Shown: in pieces, positions 1-8,797 of the stretch | Layout of the letters: each line of letters starts with the position of its first letter | Numbering within the stretch: position 1 is the first letter of the stretch | Source: a virus | Virus record (IMG/VR): IMGVR_UViG_3300029672_000003 | Direction: 5' to 3' (one strand) | Length of the DNA: 62,525 nt | Program-made: the position numbers and the translations under genes | The notes under the pieces: generated by a model | Database searches by the model: none | What the model was told of the DNA's origin: nothing | What the model saw: the letters and a program-made list of their open reading frames with translations, nothing else

Positions 1-99
1 TAAACTTCACAACTATTTTTGAATTTCTCAAAAGAGTTATAACAAATGTTGCTTGTTCCTCATTCAAATAATAAACTCTTTCCGGCTGTCCCCTTTTCC
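1..99. repeat. Terminal overlap identical to 62427-62525 (circular contig closure; unit genome 62,426 bp)
   Basis: The first 99 nt (taaacttcacaac...ctgtccccttttcc) recur exactly as the last 99 nt. An ORF reads continuously across the join. Confidence 0.95.
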
Positions 100-261
100 C
101 CGATTTTAAATCGGAGAAATCAATATTGCCAAAGTCTAAAATATCTTTCTCATATTTTCTGATAATAGCAACAACAGATTCATGTTGGTTATTTGTTCCA
201 TCTGCAATCACTTTGCTGTTTGTAAAAACATCGTTTCCTTTGAGTTCCACCAATTCATACA
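1..261 (-). CDS. Rha-family phage regulatory protein, N-terminal part (continues from 62038-62426 across the circular junction). There is an apparent 1-nt frame discontinuity after codon 8.
   Basis: ATG at 261 with RBS AAAGGTGGA gives MYELVELK and then stops. The long frame (GNDVFTNSKVIADGTNNQHESVVAIIRKYEKDIL..., Rha-like) is open only from 253 and is reached by a -1 shift at CTCAAGGAAAC. Confidence 0.6.
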
Positions 262-345
262 TACTCTTTTCCACCTTTCTTTCGCTACTGTCATTTGACA
301 GGCAGGTTTAAATTTCATTTTTTTATTTTTCTTATGCAGTTTGAA

Positions 346-394
346 ATAAATAAAAAGACCGCCAAAGACTGAATCTCTTCAATCTCTGGCGGTC
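346..394 (-). terminator. Rho-independent terminator after the Bro-N antirepressor operon
   Basis: Minus strand GACCGCCAGAG...CTTTGGCGGTC (10 of 11 bp) followed by TTTTTATTTATTT. Confidence 0.7.
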
Positions 395-503
395 ACGAAT
401 CCGCACCTATTCCTCATAGGCTTGCAGGACGTCCTAAATTTCTTTAGGTCTTACCTGCGTGATTTTTAATTATTTTGTATTCTATACCATATGCCAAAAT
501 CTG

Positions 504-1265
504 TCAATCAAATTCCAACCTCTGCTGCATATTGGCATCGTCAATCTGTTCCTGCAAAAAATACGGCGTCTGATAGGCATTTATCACTTCCACTGCCTTG
601 TCGCACTGGTTACGCTTGATGCTCTTGTAAGACCGAACACCAAAGTTGTATTTCAGATTGGCATACAGATTGTTGTAAACCTTTTGGCGCAATCCACGGT
701 TGCTGTATGCGCTTGACTGTTTGCCGCCCATGATTGAAACGCCTTTCTTTCTGACAGCTTCCGTAATGCGGTCGGCTTCCACCGGAAGTATCGGCAAGTC
801 CATCTTAAGGCTTTCCAAATCCGCCTTGATTTCGTCGACCTCTGCTTTAAGCTCCGTGTGCCCCTGTGCAAGCAATGCAATCTTCCCGTCCGTGGTCTGC
901 GGCATCATGTATGTACCAGTCTTTCTGATGCTCGGTAAAACTTCATCAAATATCCATTTTTCCAATTTGTCAGCTTTATCTTTTATTTCTTTACTGTTAC
1001 CCTGTTGACCAGCTTTAATAATCAATCGGTAAATATCTCCTTCCGGAATAAGAGGTTCTGCATATCCACCATTATTTTTAAAGCTATCCTCGACCAGGAC
1101 ACCCTTGCAATTATCCGAAACCGCCTTTCTTGGTCTTTTATACATAAGCATCGAAGCTATATCTACTCCAAAAAAGTATTCTTTTCCGTTTACTATAACC
1201 GTTCTCAAATCCCCTAAAATAGGATTGTTAAAAATCTGAATATTTTTCATCAGCAAATCCCCCAT
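504..1265 (-). CDS. Phage antirepressor, Bro-N domain plus ORF6C-like C-terminal domain (probable true start at the ATG at 1250)
   Basis: N-terminus IFNNPILGDLRTVIVNGKEYFFGVDIASMLMY...AVSDNC is Bro-N-like, with a coiled-coil/ORF6C-like C-terminus. The second ATG overlaps the stop of the upstream 35-aa ORF (TGATG). Confidence 0.8.
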   Translation of the reverse strand: MGDLLMKNIQIFNNPILGDLRTVIVNGKEYFFGVDIASMLMYKRPRKAVSDNCKGVLVEDSFKNNGGYAEPLIPEGDIYRLIIKAGQQGNSKEIKDKADKLEKWIFDEVLPSIRKTGTYMMPQTTDGKIALLAQGHTELKAEVDEIKADLESLKMDLPILPVEADRITEAVRKKGVSIMGGKQSSAYSNRGLRQKVYNNLYANLKYNFGVRSYKSIKRNQCDKAVEVINAYQTPYFLQEQIDDANMQQRLEFD

Positions 1266-1357
1266 TTCTGCTTAAATGAAATAATTGTGTTCAAAATAAA
1301 CTGCAAAAATTTTTCGTCCTGTATGCTCTGGATTTCCGTTATCAGCTGTTCTTTCAT
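1250..1357 (-). CDS. 35-aa micro-protein, family member 1 (MKEQLITEIQSIQDEKFLQFILNTIISFKQKWGIC)
   Basis: ATGA overlap with the upstream 40-aa ORF and TGATG overlap with the antirepressor start. Paralogs at 27236-27343 and 55111-55251. Confidence 0.6.
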   Translation of the reverse strand: MKEQLITEIQSIQDEKFLQFILNTIISFKQKWGIC

Positions 1358-1476
1358 CTCGCACCGCCTTTCTTGTCGGATGCAAGGTTACTTGTAAAAA
1401 TCCAGACACATCTTAAAAAGTGTTCGCTAAGTAAATTCAGATTTTTGGTAATTGCTTCAATATAAAATTCTTTCAT
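1354..1476 (-). CDS. 40-aa micro-protein (MKEFYIEAITKNLNLLSEHFLRCVWIFTSNLASDKKGGAR)
   Basis: TAATG overlap with the upstream ORF and ATGA overlap with the next. Paralog at 27340-27462 with about 36 of 40 residues identical. Confidence 0.55.
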   Translation of the reverse strand: MKEFYIEAITKNLNLLSEHFLRCVWIFTSNLASDKKGGAR

Positions 1477-1982
1477 TATCTTGCACCGCCTTTCTTTACA
1501 AGGCGGTAAATACCGTCGTGATCTATTACGTCCTCATCATTCAAATCTGCCATAAATATTACAACGCCGCGCAACAATTTTTCGTTATCACATCGGATTG
1601 CAAGCCGAGAAAGCAACGATCTGTACTGCTCAATTTGGCTCGGTAAATAAGTTCCATCCTTTTTTATGATTTCATTTCTGAAAATGTCCTTAAGAATTTC
1701 GCTGGCAATATCAACCTCATCGGATTCGTTCGGCAGTCCGAGCAAATTCATGGCTGATGTTACCACTTTGCGAAAACCAAGCGGAGAAAAATTATCAATG
1801 TCCGTTTCGGTACTCCAACCACGGTTATACTTCATCCTCTCGATTTCCACAACATGATTCACTTTCTCCATCAGCGCGTCACTATTAAGTATCGTTCTTA
1901 CAATTTCTTCAATGCTTCTCATAGATTTTACCTTCCTTTCGTTTGCTGTTTGACAACCATTCCAAAAAGCGGTATAATCCAT
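1476..1982 (-). CDS. Hypothetical protein (probable start MRSIEE at about 1922)
   Basis: Long ORF. RBS GAAAGGAAGG precedes the internal ATG. The 5' 60 nt overlap a strong hairpin (CCAAAAGCGGT/ACCGCTTTTTGG). Confidence 0.6.
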   Translation of the reverse strand: MDYTAFWNGCQTANERKVKSMRSIEEIVRTILNSDALMEKVNHVVEIERMKYNRGWSTETDIDNFSPLGFRKVVTSAMNLLGLPNESDEVDIASEILKDIFRNEIIKKDGTYLPSQIEQYRSLLSRLAIRCDNEKLLRGVVIFMADLNDEDVIDHDGIYRLVKKGGAR

Positions 1983-2015
1983 GTATCAACCGCTTTTGGT
2001 GGCTGTAAGTGTAAG

Positions 2016-2028
2016 AGTAACCGTTACT
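2016..2028. promoter_or_regulatory. AGTAAC-C-GTTACT palindrome spanning the stop codon of RHH gene 1 (GTAAC-type operator-like site)
   Basis: Perfect 6-bp arms. The same half-site occurs in the CI/Cro operators. Confidence 0.4.
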
Positions 2029-2215
2029 TGTCTAGGGCTTCGGTTGCTCTTATTTCGTTATAGACCTTATCAATCCCCTTCATTACTACATCATATTGCG
2101 TCATTCCGGTCTTTTCACAGCAATATAGAAGTTTTTCTCTATCTTTTTCTGTTGCTCTTACTTTTATAATGTTATTTTTGGGATTATCTGTCGGTCTTCC
2201 TGTTCTTGGTGACAC
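2024..2215 (-). CDS. Ribbon-helix-helix (CopG/Arc-like) DNA-binding protein, copy 1
   Basis: (V/M)SPRTGRPTDNPKNNIIKVRATEKDREKLLYCCEKTGMTQYDVVMKGI. GTG start 8 nt after GGAGATG. Paralog at 27581-27757. Confidence 0.7.
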   Translation of the reverse strand: MSPRTGRPTDNPKNNIIKVRATEKDREKLLYCCEKTGMTQYDVVMKGIDKVYNEIRATEALDK

Positions 2216-2232
2216 TGTTTCATCTCCTTTCT

Positions 2233-2276
2233 TTTGTGTACACATAAATGTTAATATATGAGTACACAAAAGTCAA
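2233..2276 (-). promoter_or_regulatory. Promoter with flanking 9-bp inverted repeat (operator) for RHH gene 1
   Basis: Minus strand TTGACT (2271-2276), 17 nt, TAACAT (2248-2253). TTTGTGTAC / GTACACAAA arms at 2233-2241 and 2262-2270. Confidence 0.55.
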
Positions 2277-2296
2277 TACCCTTTTGAAATATTTTT

Positions 2297-2322
2297 CAAA
2301 AAAAGAAGCGCATCTCTGCGCT
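2297..2322 (-). terminator. Rho-independent terminator
   Basis: Minus strand AGCGCA-GAGA-TGCGCT followed by TCTTTTTTTG. Confidence 0.75.
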
Positions 2323-2504
2323 CCCTCTTATATACCCGCTTTCCCCAGCCTTTCCCAATCTGCATCCCTAGTACATTCATCCTTTTTCTTCAATAAGTTT
2401 TCGTTCTCTTTTTCCAGTTTTTCTATTTTTATTTCCAATTTCTTTTTCTCTTTTTTCAATGCAATATTCTCTTTTTCCAAATCGTCCGCACGAATAAGCG
2501 CGTT

Positions 2505-2750
2505 TTACTCCCTATTAAAAAGATCAGTATTGTGCGCCTTTAATGCATCTTTTTCTTTATTTAACTCTCTTATTTCCCATTTGTAATTCTTTTTATCTTG
2601 CGTCATCTTAATTTTCAATTCTTCTATCGTTTGATGTGCTTTATTCAACTTCTTTTTGCACTCATTTAGTTCTGATTCAGACTCCCTATTCTCCATCGTA
2701 ATTCTCCACATATTAAATCCAAATTTATATGAAAGTGTAGCCACAATCAT
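2505..2750 (-). CDS. Coiled-coil protein (probable start MENRESE at 2696). The frame stays open for 58 more codons beyond its TAA.
   Basis: Heptad-like K/E/L-rich sequence. RBS GGAGAA lies before the ATG at 2696. Confidence 0.55.
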   Translation of the reverse strand: MIVATLSYKFGFNMWRITMENRESESELNECKKKLNKAHQTIEELKIKMTQDKKNYKWEIRELNKEKDALKAHNTDLFNRE

Positions 2751-3228
2751 TACATATAATTTTATTTATTTCATATGTTTGATCTTTTCTCAAAATCTTT
2801 TCCTTTTTATTTACTAAAGTAAACGGTTTAAATGGATTTAGATTTGCAGTGTATCTTGTCTTTGTTTTGCCTGGTACAAATTTCTGCTCCGTATAATGAG
2901 AACAATTTTCGCTCCCACATCTTGGACAGTAAACCTCTTTTTTTTCTCCGAATAAAGTATATTTATATATACCATTAAATCCCGTGTTTTGAGATCTTTC
3001 AACAGAATTTCTTAAGAATAATTTTCCAACACCTGTAATCTCTGGCTCTTTTGGGCGTTCCCACCCTCTATCATTTTCGTTTTCTTGTTCGTATGATTTA
3101 TAAAATTCACTTTTCCCCGCAGACATTTCATTGTTTTCGTGTTGTTTCAACGGAAATCCGCAATTGATACACATTTCTGCTTTGTCTGAAATTTCTTTTC
3201 CACATTCAGGACATTTAATCAACGCCAT
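2725..3228 (-). CDS. Double zinc-ribbon protein
   Basis: N-terminal CPECGKEISDKAEMCINCG. C-terminal CPRCGSENC...CNDCGY. Confidence 0.7.
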   Translation of the reverse strand: MALIKCPECGKEISDKAEMCINCGFPLKQHENNEMSAGKSEFYKSYEQENENDRGWERPKEPEITGVGKLFLRNSVERSQNTGFNGIYKYTLFGEKKEVYCPRCGSENCSHYTEQKFVPGKTKTRYTANLNPFKPFTLVNKKEKILRKDQTYEINKIICNDCGYTFI

Positions 3229-3402
3229 GTGTTACCCTCCCGCCACTTGTAATAAAATGATTCTACCACAAGTGGCGGTTTTTGTCACTACTGTGCATTA
3301 GAACTTTATCCCCAAACAGGATCAAATGCTGAACTGTCTCCGTATCTTCGTTTTGCCTCGCCCTTGTAAACTGTTCTGGCGGCATTGAATAATCATTATC
3401 GC

Positions 3403-4284
3403 TTAATATCCCACTTGTTCAGCCGCATATTGTGCTTCTTCATCGGTAAATTTTACATATTTTAATTGGTCTATAAGTCCCTGCTTTGAAAATGATGTCA
3501 AATCTAAATAACTCTTTGCTTTTTTCACAGCTTCTTTTTTCCAGTCAGCACCGCAATTATCTGCCGCGTACACTGCTTCTTCATGTGTATACTGTTCGTA
3601 TTCTAACTGTTCAATCATCCCTTGATATGAAAAACCTGCTAAATCAAGATATCTCTTTGCTTGTTTCAAGGCATTTTGCTGCCCAAGCGTTATTTGTTCA
3701 CTTTCTTGTATCTCTTCCGATGTATCAGTTGTTTCACCAATTCCATATTTCGAATATAGATTTTCTGTTTGTACAATCATTTCCGATGCTTTACCGCTAA
3801 ATTCATCTGGAATCTTAAAATGGTCAATTTTTTCGTTTATTGTATCTTTTACAATTTTCCCATTTTCTACAATATAAGAATACTCTTCGTCTCCTATGTA
3901 CCCTACATAAGAAACTGATAATCCAAGTTCTTGTGGACGCTTGCATATGCAATAGCAGTCAAAATACATAACATAAATATTATCATAATGACCATATGCA
4001 CCTACGCAGTATTTATTCCCGTCTTCAAATATTCCAACAAAATTATTGTTTTTATCGTCATATTCAAAGTTAGCCCCCTCAACCCCGGCTTTTACTTCGT
4101 TTTGTTCTGTTTCTTTTGTTAAATTCTGATCTCTATCATTATTTTCTTCTTTGCTTTGATGCTCGCTATAATATTCTTCCGTTTTTTCGCTTTCAACGGT
4201 TGAATATTCGTTATCAAGATTTCCGCTACACCCTATAAGCACCACGGTAGCCATTGCCAAAAATACTATCCCCCACTTTTTCAT
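3403..4284 (-). CDS. ltp: Ltp-family surface lipoprotein (superinfection-exclusion type)
   Basis: Signal peptide plus lipobox (LIGCSGN). Two C-terminal Ltp repeats (NALKQAKRYLDLAGFSYQGMIEQLEYEQYTHEEAVYAADN... / AVKKAKSYLDLTSFSKQGLIDQLKYVKFTDEEAQYAAEQ). Confidence 0.85.
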   Translation of the reverse strand: MKKWGIVFLAMATVVLIGCSGNLDNEYSTVESEKTEEYYSEHQSKEENNDRDQNLTKETEQNEVKAGVEGANFEYDDKNNNFVGIFEDGNKYCVGAYGHYDNIYVMYFDCYCICKRPQELGLSVSYVGYIGDEEYSYIVENGKIVKDTINEKIDHFKIPDEFSGKASEMIVQTENLYSKYGIGETTDTSEEIQESEQITLGQQNALKQAKRYLDLAGFSYQGMIEQLEYEQYTHEEAVYAADNCGADWKKEAVKKAKSYLDLTSFSKQGLIDQLKYVKFTDEEAQYAAEQVGY

Positions 4285-4345
4285 GAACTCCCTCCCATTT
4301 GTAATATGTTATACAAACCATACCACAAACGAAAGAGAGTTGCAA

Positions 4346-7300
4346 TTAAAATATAGGAACTGGATTTCTCTGCGTTCTATTTGCTTCCTGTCTCCATTTT
4401 TTTACTGTCCCTTGATACGCTTTATCTGAATCAAGAACCGCCGTAATATCTGCTTTTTCAAGTTTTGATACAATGACGTCTCCCAGTTTATCGTAATCAA
4501 TAGCGCTTGACATTGCTATCTGCATTTCTTTTCCAATAGTACTTTCAATGCTACCGGAATTGTATTTTATAGATGCGTTTACGTTGTCAGTTATGCTTCT
4601 ATTGTACTTATATACAACTTCCGGCGCTGCTTTTAACCCTGCCAATCCAAAACTGTCCTTAATTCCCTCGGACCAGTTTTTTATCTCCTTAAATGTACTT
4701 TTAGATCCATCAGAAATACCATTATTAAATCCTTCTACCGTAAATCCTGCAAATTCTTTAAACACTCTTGATGGCGAATGTATGCCCATCAAATTTGTAA
4801 ACCAAGAACTGATATTGGATACCCAACTGGAAATAACTCCGTACGTGGTGTTCTGGTTTCCGGAAACTCCGCCATTGAATCCCTCTACAGTATATTTACC
4901 ATAGTCAGAAAATACTGTGGATGGTGAATGTATTCCCATATTGGTTGTAAATGGCTGTTTAATGTTGTTCTCAAGATATGTGAGCATGGCATCATTTGTT
5001 GTGTTCGAATTTTCTGAAATACCATTATTATATCCATCTATCGTATTTTTCGCCCATCCTCTTCCCATACCAGAAAGCATGGCATCTTTTAAACTTCCTT
5101 TTTGTGTAATTGCTCCTGTTACTGTGTCTACAGCACTTTGAGATTGAGCAACACCGCCATCTGCAAGTCCATTTACGACAACTTTTCCACCCGCTACTGC
5201 TACATCATATCCTCTTCCGTTATACCATGTTGTTATTGCTTCTTCTAATGCACTAGTCATTGTCGGTATGGCTTCTGCTGTACCGGCTACTCCGCCAATT
5301 CCAAACTGAACAACACCTTTTTCTCCAAGATTATACATATCCTGATCGGTCGTTCCATAAGCGTCAATAATTGTTTGATAAAGTTCTACTGCTTCTTCTC
5401 CAACTACCTGCTTGCCATTAACGAACACTCCGCCAAGATCATCTATTGCTTCTACAGCATTCTTAGCAATGACGCCAAAATTAATCTTTTTTATCGCTTG
5501 TTGTAATAAATTGTATTCATTAGTATGCTGTTCCAATAACTCATTTGCCGAATTATATTGTGACGTTGCTTTTGCAACCTCATCTCTAAGTGTCTTTTGT
5601 GTTTCTGTTATTTTTGTCTGTTCATCTTCCAGAAAAACCATTTGCTTTACGAGTTCATCATGTGCATCACCTGCATTTTTAGCTTCTATGCCATTTGCTT
5701 TTAATGCATCTGTATTTCGTTTCCACCAGTCATTTAAGTCCTCGGTTGCACCTATATCGGATAAGATTTCGTTTAGTTTATCCAACGCTTCTGCGTTATC
5801 TTTGTAGTTCTGCTCTGATACTTCCAACTCGACATTAGCTTCCGCAAGTGCCTTACTGTACTGCTCTACAACATCTTTATATCCTGCAACTCTATAATAT
5901 TCTTTCTGTGCTTCTATAGTCTTTAATAGTTCTTCCTTTTGTGCTATATATTTTCCAGTAGTCATATCAATCTGATTTGCTAATTCTGGACAAATATCAA
6001 TAAGCTGTTGTGCTCTCGTTTTTAATGTTTCTTGATCTGCTGCTGTTAAGCTCGTCTTGTCTGCAAGTTCGAAATATGAATCTGCAAGCTGTTGAAGCTG
6101 ATCTGCACTTGCTTCGGATTTAGATGTTAAATCCTTTGTAGTGTCAGCTAAATCTCTTAGATTTTGTGCAGCATCTTCCATTTTCTGGTTATTTGATCCT
6201 ATTTCTTCCTCAAACTCCAAAAACTGATCTGCAATCTCTTTTTGCCAACTTTTATGGAAATTATATACAGCTAACCCTATTGCTGCGATCGCCGCTGCTA
6301 TTGCTAAATAAGGATGCGCAACGACAGTAGCTGCAAAATTCAAAAGAGTATCTTTTATTGCCAAAATCTTTGTCTTAATATTGTCTAATGCTGATAACGT
6401 AATGGTTGATATTTTTATTGCTGCAATTACTCCAAGAATGGTTGCTTCTATTGGTGCAGCAGAAAATATACCAGACCATGTGCTTAGCCCAGCATTTATA
6501 GCTTTCCAAATTACCTGCGCAATTTTTCCACATATGCCAAGCCAATCTATATCAGACAGGAACTCTCCGATTTTCTTTCCAATCCTATACCAATTCACTC
6601 CATCAATAGCAGAAATCATTGCATCAAGCAAACCTTTCGCCCATGTATTCAATGTTCTTGCCAAAAGAGTAAACTTGAAAGTTTTGAAAAATTTATTAAT
6701 CCCTGCTGCAATAGAATTTCCAAAATTCTTCCAGTTAAATCTCGTTCCAAAAGAATTTAAAAACTCCAATGCAGTATTCAGTGCCCCGGCAATCGTTTTT
6801 CCTACATTTCCAAACAGTCTCGGATTGATAAGACCATTGAGGAAATCTGCCAAGCCTTTGCCGAAGTTTCTTGCCTTGGAATAAATCTTATCCCAGTTGA
6901 TAGACTCCATAGCTTTTGATAAGGCATCACTGATGTATTTTCCAAGTTGTTTCAGATTTTTAATATCACTTTCGTAATTTTTGAAAATGGTATCAGTCTT
7001 GACGAGTTTACCGCCACTGGCACCGCCTGATGCGCCACCGCCGCCGGAACCGCCCGAACCTTTTTTGCCAGAACCATCATTTGTGGTAATCAGTTTCAAT
7101 TCATCAAACTGACGGACACCCTTATTCATCTTGTCAATGTTCTTTGCCGCCTGTCCGGTACTGTCCGCAACATCATCTGCGCTTTCTGCCGCATCTGAAA
7201 AACTATCCGCAAGACCTGCACCGGAATCCTCATATTTCCATCCGAAGATTGCGCCTAAAGCGTTTGTAACCTTTGTAACAAAGCTGATAACAACCAGTAA

Positions 7301-8797
7301 AACGGAATTGAGTGCTTTTACGAATGGTTTGAAAGCATTGATTAATGCCCCACCAATAACACTGCCAAGCTGTTCGAACGACTGTTTTAAAATTCTGATC
7401 TGGTTCGCCCACGAATCAGCAGTACGCGCAAAGTCTCCCTGTGCTGTCTGCGTATTGGCAAGGACGTACTGATACCGGAGCATTGTCTTTTCAGCCTGTG
7501 ACATAGACTCGATATCAGAATCTAATCCCTGTTTCATCGCCCACTCTTTAAGGGTTGCCTGTGTAAGATCAAGACCGTAATCTCTTAATGGACGTGTCTG
7601 TCCGGTAAATATTGCAGCTAAATCCTGCGACACAACATCCTGATCTATGTTATACAGAGATGCCATATCAGCAGTTAATTTTGTTAAATTCAAAGACACA
7701 TCAGCCATGGAATCAGACAAACCAATATAGCCATCTGTCTGCTTATTCAAAAACTCATTAGCTTTCTTTATCAAACTGCTGTCAATTCCCATGGCTGTTC
7801 CCATTGCCTGGAATCGGCTTGCCGTCTGTTTCAATGTCAGTTCTGACATACCGAACTGACGTATAGAGTCCTGTGCAAAGTCATTGACTTTCTTTGACAT
7901 GTCCCCAAAAGTAACATCAACAACGTTCTGAACCTCTGTTAATGCCGATGATATGTCGATTGCATTTTTTATTCCCCTGATCGCTCCGTACAGACCAAGA
8001 TAAATCCCCATAGAGGACAAAATCTGTCTTGTGAATGACTTGAGTCCGATCAATGCTTTCCCTGTGGATGCCTTAAATCCAAGGAAAGAACCGGAAAGAC
8101 TACTGATGCTGGTATTTAACCCAGAAATTGCGCCACCAGACCTGTTGGAAAGATTGCCGAGTGCCTGCGTCATCTGAATGATATTCGAAGATACATTTGG
8201 CGCTTTTGAAAGCGTCTCAAACAGGTATTTGAGGTTGTCAGCAAGCAAAGGTATATTAGTCACCGCGCGACCGCTTGCAACGCTTCCAAGCCTTGATATG
8301 GACGTTACAAGATTACTCATGTTGGTCATATCAAAATTCAATGCACCTATCTTGTTCATCTGGCGTACAAAGTTTTGTAACTGCGCAGATAAAGCCGGCA
8401 GATTCTTTGTCGCCTGTGTAGATGCCTTGCCACCGATTTTTGACAACGCAGACACCATGCTTATGAGTCCGCTTGTATCAACAGCCTTAACACTTGCTAT
8501 TCCAGATGCAAGATCTCTCACAGCAGAAGATATTCCGTGGATAGAATTTGCATCAACACCAGAAAATTTATTGAGTGCCCGCACCATTGATGTGATTTCC
8601 GAAGATTTACCACCTTTGAATCCGGTAGCCGCATCGGAAATGCTTCTGATTCCGCTTGCAATATTTGAAAGTTTTGCAGTGTCAAACGATATGCTTTCCC
8701 GGAGCCTATTCATGCTGTTTACAAGGCTTTCTATGGAATTACTTGCTTTTGCAGAGTCAGCTTTGATTTTTATTTGTAATTCATCAATGTCTGCCAT
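4346..8797 (-). CDS. Tail tape measure protein (1483 aa)
   Basis: Size, position after the chaperones, a hydrophobic central segment, a Gly-rich linker (GSGGSGGGGASGGASGG), and C-terminal tandem motif GIHSPS(T/R)VF..(Y/F)G..TVEGFN.G.S occurring twice. Confidence 0.9.
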   Translation of the reverse strand: MADIDELQIKIKADSAKASNSIESLVNSMNRLRESISFDTAKLSNIASGIRSISDAATGFKGGKSSEITSMVRALNKFSGVDANSIHGISSAVRDLASGIASVKAVDTSGLISMVSALSKIGGKASTQATKNLPALSAQLQNFVRQMNKIGALNFDMTNMSNLVTSISRLGSVASGRAVTNIPLLADNLKYLFETLSKAPNVSSNIIQMTQALGNLSNRSGGAISGLNTSISSLSGSFLGFKASTGKALIGLKSFTRQILSSMGIYLGLYGAIRGIKNAIDISSALTEVQNVVDVTFGDMSKKVNDFAQDSIRQFGMSELTLKQTASRFQAMGTAMGIDSSLIKKANEFLNKQTDGYIGLSDSMADVSLNLTKLTADMASLYNIDQDVVSQDLAAIFTGQTRPLRDYGLDLTQATLKEWAMKQGLDSDIESMSQAEKTMLRYQYVLANTQTAQGDFARTADSWANQIRILKQSFEQLGSVIGGALINAFKPFVKALNSVLLVVISFVTKVTNALGAIFGWKYEDSGAGLADSFSDAAESADDVADSTGQAAKNIDKMNKGVRQFDELKLITTNDGSGKKGSGGSGGGGASGGASGGKLVKTDTIFKNYESDIKNLKQLGKYISDALSKAMESINWDKIYSKARNFGKGLADFLNGLINPRLFGNVGKTIAGALNTALEFLNSFGTRFNWKNFGNSIAAGINKFFKTFKFTLLARTLNTWAKGLLDAMISAIDGVNWYRIGKKIGEFLSDIDWLGICGKIAQVIWKAINAGLSTWSGIFSAAPIEATILGVIAAIKISTITLSALDNIKTKILAIKDTLLNFAATVVAHPYLAIAAAIAAIGLAVYNFHKSWQKEIADQFLEFEEEIGSNNQKMEDAAQNLRDLADTTKDLTSKSEASADQLQQLADSYFELADKTSLTAADQETLKTRAQQLIDICPELANQIDMTTGKYIAQKEELLKTIEAQKEYYRVAGYKDVVEQYSKALAEANVELEVSEQNYKDNAEALDKLNEILSDIGATEDLNDWWKRNTDALKANGIEAKNAGDAHDELVKQMVFLEDEQTKITETQKTLRDEVAKATSQYNSANELLEQHTNEYNLLQQAIKKINFGVIAKNAVEAIDDLGGVFVNGKQVVGEEAVELYQTIIDAYGTTDQDMYNLGEKGVVQFGIGGVAGTAEAIPTMTSALEEAITTWYNGRGYDVAVAGGKVVVNGLADGGVAQSQSAVDTVTGAITQKGSLKDAMLSGMGRGWAKNTIDGYNNGISENSNTTNDAMLTYLENNIKQPFTTNMGIHSPSTVFSDYGKYTVEGFNGGVSGNQNTTYGVISSWVSNISSWFTNLMGIHSPSRVFKEFAGFTVEGFNNGISDGSKSTFKEIKNWSEGIKDSFGLAGLKAAPEVVYKYNRSITDNVNASIKYNSGSIESTIGKEMQIAMSSAIDYDKLGDVIVSKLEKADITAVLDSDKAYQGTVKKWRQEANRTQRNPVPIF

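Larger units (their letters stand above)
1246..1476. repeat. 231-bp dispersed repeat, copy A (copy B at 27232-27462; high identity by eye, no indels noticed)
   Basis: Same length and same offset (25,986 nt) throughout. Both copies carry the two micro-ORFs and the first codons of an antirepressor gene. Confidence 0.85.
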
